A DNA stretch of 64,000 nt. It comes from an uncultured beta proteobacterium. Its GTDB lineage: Bacteria > Pseudomonadota > Gammaproteobacteria > Burkholderiales > Burkholderiaceae. The translations under genes and the position numbers were made by a program. The notes below the pieces were generated by a model that was given only the letters and a program-made list of their open reading frames with translations, was not told the DNA's origin and made no database searches. Where the stretch lies: contig CAIZRK010000032.1 in assembly GCA_903935355.1 (NCBI GenBank), positions 40,661 to 104,660 on the forward strand. The letters run 5' to 3'. This document shows, one piece after another, positions 60,405 through 64,000 of the stretch (the stretch's first letter is position 1; every line of letters begins with the position of its first letter).

Positions 60405-62747
60405 CTAAACCGAGCGCGTACGAGTTACACGCATTACATCATGATTTGCCCTTAGGCTACGCATTACCTTCGAGAGATGCAAACGATTGGATACCTGAAT
60501 CGTAAAATGAATTGTCACTGCGTCCTCCTTATGTTGATCTGCCATAGAAACATTCATAATATTGGAGTCAGCAGCTGTCACGCTACTAGCTACTCGAGCT
60601 AATACTCCTTTTCCTTGACGGGTATCAATTGCGAGATCTACCTCAAATTCCCGATTAATTTCTTTAGCCCACTCCACCTCTACCCACTTATCGCTATCTT
60701 TAGAGAGCATCCGAAGGGCTACAGTACAATCGTTAGCGTGAACCTGCAGTCCCTCACCTTTACCTAGATAGCCAATAATGTTATCTCCCGGAATGGGATG
60801 ACAGCAACTCTGAAAGCTAATAGAGTTACCCTCTCGCCCATCAACGAGGATCGCTTGACGCTGATGATGCGAAGTAATTTCTTGATGGGGAGAAACCCAG
60901 TCAGAAGCCCCTAAACGCATTTGCTCAGATCCACCTTCATCATCTATTAAGATTTTGAGCCGAATAGCCAGCTCTTGGGCAGAACGACGGCCTAGGGCAA
61001 TATTGACGCAAGCCTCTTCGCGGGTTTTATCGCCGGTCCAATGCATGAGTTTTTCCCAAACTTCTAGACTCAATAATCCCGCATCCACCCCTTGTTGCCG
61101 CAAGGCAACGACTAGTAGGCGCTCGCCTAGTTGCAGGGATTCTGCATAGTGCTTCGTCTTTAAGGAATGTCGGATTGACGCTCTAGCTTTTCCGGTTCTA
61201 ACAAAAACTAACCAACCTGGGTTGGGTTGAGAATTAGAAGAAGTCACTACTTCAATAATGTCGCCATTTTTCAGCTCACTCCGCAGCGGGAGCTGCAGAC
61301 CATTAATCTTGACAGCTACGCAGGTGTTTCCAAGATCACTATGGATGGAGTAGGCAAAATCAAGCGCAGTAGCGCCTCGTGGTAGTGCCCGAATTTGCCC
61401 CTTAGGCGTGAAGACATAAACAGCATCTGGGAATAAATCAATTTTGACGTGCTCTAAGAATTCTTGAGAATCACCACTACTATCTTGAATATCAATCAAG
61501 GATTGCAGCCATTGATGTGCGCGATTTTGCACCTCGCTCATATCTGGTGAACCATCTTTATAAGCCCAATGGGCTGCTACCCCCGCTTCAGCAATAGCAT
61601 GCATATCGCTGGTGCGAATCTGAAACTCTACTGGTACGCCAGAGGGCCCTAATAAGGTGGTATGAAGCGATTGATAGCCATTAAGTTTAGGTATTGCAAT
61701 GTAGTCCTTAAATTTGCCTGGCATTGGCTTATACATGGAATGCAATATACCTAGGGCACGATAACATTCATCAATCGTATGTAGGGTAACTCGGAATGCA
61801 TAGACATCTAAGACCTGAGAAAAACTCAAATGCTTAATACGCATTTTGCTATAGATACTGAAGAGGGTTTTTTCTCGGCCACGAAGATCAACTTCTAAAT
61901 TGAGTTTAGAAAACGCCATCCGGGTGGCTTGCAATATCTTTTCCACCATTTCTTTACGATTACCGCGCGCCCTTTTTACTGCAGTCTCTATCACCCGAAA
62001 ACGCATCGGCATCGAGTATCGAAAACTCAGATCCTGCAAGTCACGATAAATGATGTTTAAACCTAAACGATGGGCGATAGGCGCATAGATTTCAATTGTT
62101 TCAGCAGCAACCCGACGACGCTTTTCCATGGGTACAGCATCTAAGGTGCGCATGTTATGCGTACGATCTGCCAACTTCACCAAAATCACACGTACATCGC
62201 GAGCCATCGCCATGAACATTTTTCGAAAGCTTTCAGCCTGTGCTTCAGCATGACTCTGAAACTCTAATTTATCTAGCTTAGTTAAACCCTCAACTAATTC
62301 AGCCACTTTGCTGCCAAACTTTTCTACTAAATCTACTTTAGTGCAGCCCGTATCTTCAATCACATCATGTAATAGTGCTGCCATGATCGAAGGGGCATCA
62401 AGACGCCATGTGGCGCAGAGCTCAGCTACAGCAACGGGATGGGTAATGTAAGGTTCACCACTATGGCGGTATTGCCCTAAATGAGCGGTATCAGAAAAAT
62501 GAAATGCTTTTTTGATTAATGCAATCTCATCAGGTTTGAGATAGCTTGTCTTAGAAATTAAACCTTCTATAGAAACTACTTGATGCTTAAGCGGCAAACC
62601 AGGTGTGGAGGTAGGCCCGAATAAATGCCTACTAGAATGCGCCAATAAGGTGGCGATAATCGATTTTTTTTCAGCCTTAACAGGCTCTTTGGGCGAGTCC
62701 TGACTGTGTAAGTCCGATGTGTTTGGATTGCCTAAGGGGAGCTCCAC
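60405..62747 (-). CDS. spoT: bifunctional (p)ppGpp synthetase/hydrolase (RelA/SpoT homologue)
   Basis: 780-aa ORF with an HD hydrolase domain (GEPYITHPVAVAEL...LLHDVIEDT), a synthetase block (GYQSLHTTL), and TGS and ACT regions. It is part of the gmk-rpoZ-spoT arrangement and has a GTG start. Confidence 0.93.
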   Translation of the reverse strand: MELPLGNPNTSDLHSQDSPKEPVKAEKKSIIATLLAHSSRHLFGPTSTPGLPLKHQVVSIEGLISKTSYLKPDEIALIKKAFHFSDTAHLGQYRHSGEPYITHPVAVAELCATWRLDAPSIMAALLHDVIEDTGCTKVDLVEKFGSKVAELVEGLTKLDKLEFQSHAEAQAESFRKMFMAMARDVRVILVKLADRTHNMRTLDAVPMEKRRRVAAETIEIYAPIAHRLGLNIIYRDLQDLSFRYSMPMRFRVIETAVKRARGNRKEMVEKILQATRMAFSKLNLEVDLRGREKTLFSIYSKMRIKHLSFSQVLDVYAFRVTLHTIDECYRALGILHSMYKPMPGKFKDYIAIPKLNGYQSLHTTLLGPSGVPVEFQIRTSDMHAIAEAGVAAHWAYKDGSPDMSEVQNRAHQWLQSLIDIQDSSGDSQEFLEHVKIDLFPDAVYVFTPKGQIRALPRGATALDFAYSIHSDLGNTCVAVKINGLQLPLRSELKNGDIIEVVTSSNSQPNPGWLVFVRTGKARASIRHSLKTKHYAESLQLGERLLVVALRQQGVDAGLLSLEVWEKLMHWTGDKTREEACVNIALGRRSAQELAIRLKILIDDEGGSEQMRLGASDWVSPHQEITSHHQRQAILVDGREGNSISFQSCCHPIPGDNIIGYLGKGEGLQVHANDCTVALRMLSKDSDKWVEVEWAKEINREFEVDLAIDTRQGKGVLARVASSVTAADSNIMNVSMADQHKEDAVTIHFTIQVSNRLHLSKVMRSLRANHDVMRVTRTRSV

Positions 62748-62762
62748 ACCGGAACCCCTAAA

Positions 62763-62966
62763 TTACAGAGGTACTTTGGTCAACATATCACGGTCAGTTA
62801 CACCAGCAGCAACTTCGCGCAACGCAACTACCGTTGCTTTATCTCTGGACTCAACACGTGGGGAGTGACCTTGAACCAATTGACGTGCGCGATAAGTCGC
62901 AGCCAATACGAGCTCAAAACGATTGGGGATGGTTTTCATACAATCTTCAACGGTAATACGTGCCAT
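62763..62966 (-). CDS. rpoZ: DNA-directed RNA polymerase subunit omega
   Basis: Starts [30 protein letters not shown], the canonical omega sequence, 67 aa. Confidence 0.95.
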   Translation of the reverse strand: MARITVEDCMKTIPNRFELVLAATYRARQLVQGHSPRVESRDKATVVALREVAAGVTDRDMLTKVPL

Positions 62967-63010
62967 GCTTTACTCACTTAAATTAACTGCAATACCCATA
63001 GAATAACTGA

Positions 63011-63655
63011 TTAGACGCCAAGACGTCTTAAAAGCGCTGGATTGCGGGCCATGCTAGAGCCTGAACGAAGGCGACTAGCGGCAACGATATGTCTTAAATC
63101 TAACAAGGCTTGCTCAAAATCATCATTCACCACAATAAAATCCGCTTCATGGGCATACCCAAGCTCAAGATGGGCCGCAGCTAAGCGCTTTTGAATGGTA
63201 GCCTCATCATCCTGACCTCTTTTGCGCAAACGCTCCTCAAGGGCCTCAAACGATGGGGGAAAGATAAAAATCCATTGCACCTCTGGAATGATCTGACGAA
63301 TTTGTTGGGCGCCCTGCCAATCGATTTCTAATATGACATCGCGCCCAGTTTTCATTTGGGCCTCAATCCAAGCGCGGGATGTGCCGTAAAAATTGCCATG
63401 TACTTCTGCATATTCCAAAAAGCGTCCTTGATCACGCTCAGCAAGAAATCCTTCTTTAGTAACAAAGCGATAGTCTTTACCATCAACCTCTCCTAATCTA
63501 GGGGCTCGTGTAGTAGTCGAGAGTGATAATTTGAGGGCGGGATCTTCAAGCAATAAAGCATTTACCAAAGAAGATTTTCCGGCGCCTGAGGGCGCCACGA
63601 TCATGAGCATACTGCCTTGGTATGCCGGAGAAAGGTTGGGATTGGGGCTGGTCAT
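63011..63655 (-). CDS. gmk: guanylate kinase
   Basis: Has the P-loop APSGAGKSSL, then TTRAPRLGEVDGKDYRFV and the EYAEVHGNFYGTS blocks. Confidence 0.94.
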   Translation of the reverse strand: MTSPNPNLSPAYQGSMLMIVAPSGAGKSSLVNALLLEDPALKLSLSTTTRAPRLGEVDGKDYRFVTKEGFLAERDQGRFLEYAEVHGNFYGTSRAWIEAQMKTGRDVILEIDWQGAQQIRQIIPEVQWIFIFPPSFEALEERLRKRGQDDEATIQKRLAAAHLELGYAHEADFIVVNDDFEQALLDLRHIVAASRLRSGSSMARNPALLRRLGV

Positions 63656-63670
63656 ATATCAAACAATGGA

Positions 63671-64000
63671 TTACTCTAAATTTTGGACCTGCTCACGCAT
63701 CTGCTCTATCAAAAGCTTAAGCTCTAAAGCTGCTTGGGTGCATTCTTCAGAAACCGATTTGGAGCTCAAAGTATTGGCTTCACGGTTAAGTTCTTGCATT
63801 AAAAAATCCAAGCGCTTACCTACGGGGCTTTTACCAGCCAAGGCACTATCGACTGCTTGTAGATGCGTCTTGAGGCGAGCGAATTCTTCGGCGATATCAA
63901 TTCTGACGGCATAAAGGACGACTTCTTGACGAATGCGCTCCATCAACTCGACTCCACCCTTGGCCTGCTCTTGACTAGCCAATGCTTCAGATAAGCGCTC
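63671..64000 (-). CDS. YicC-family protein, C-terminal part (gene runs off the right edge)
   Basis: The C-terminal block DIAEEFARLKTHL...GKRLDFLMQELNREANTLSSKS matches the YicC/DUF1732 end. The frame remains open to position 64000. Confidence 0.8.
   Translation of the reverse strand, partial: ERLSEALASQEQAKGGVELMERIRQEVVLYAVRIDIAEEFARLKTHLQAVDSALAGKSPVGKRLDFLMQELNREANTLSSKSVSEECTQAALELKLLIEQMREQVQNLE

Overview
The window looks like core chromosome of a moderately AT-rich betaproteobacterium. The gene order fits Burkholderiales: carAB; mltD-gloB / methyltransferase-rnhA...dnaQ; pnp-qor-tpiA-secG-tRNA-Leu-nuoA-N; ilvIHC-psd-pssA-leuA; gmk-rpoZ-spoT. The low G+C suggests a Polynucleobacter-like lineage, but this is inference from synteny and composition with no search run. 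I annotate about 62 protein genes, including a complete 14-gene NADH:quinone oxidoreductase (nuoA-N) operon. I also annotate two tRNAs, Leu-GAG and Arg-ACG, and several intrinsic terminators. I saw no CRISPR array, IS element, integrase, prophage or recognisable defence or toxin system, so most of the window is ordinary housekeeping DNA. The best-supported unannotated signal is a 25-codon leucine-rich leader ORF (9 Leu, including LLLL) between pssA and leuA. It is followed by a strong terminator and a competing antiterminator pairing, which is a classical leu-type attenuator. Other items worth a second look: a structured rpsO-pnp leader; a tRNA-Arg packed head-to-head against greB, which is itself boxed in by spoT; and an ECF sigma / DUF3619 / DUF3106 / RDD module of unknown function. 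Also notable are an Mla/MCE-type lipid ABC system with a STAS domain fused to the permease and a PqiC-like lipoprotein, followed by an orphan YbbP-like permease with no adjacent ATPase. An isolated SprT-like metalloprotease and two AT-richer transporter insertions complete the list (an RND pair between rnhA and dnaQ, and an amino-acid ABC operon). Functional calls rest on motifs I recognise in the translations and on known synteny. No database search, folding or statistics were run.
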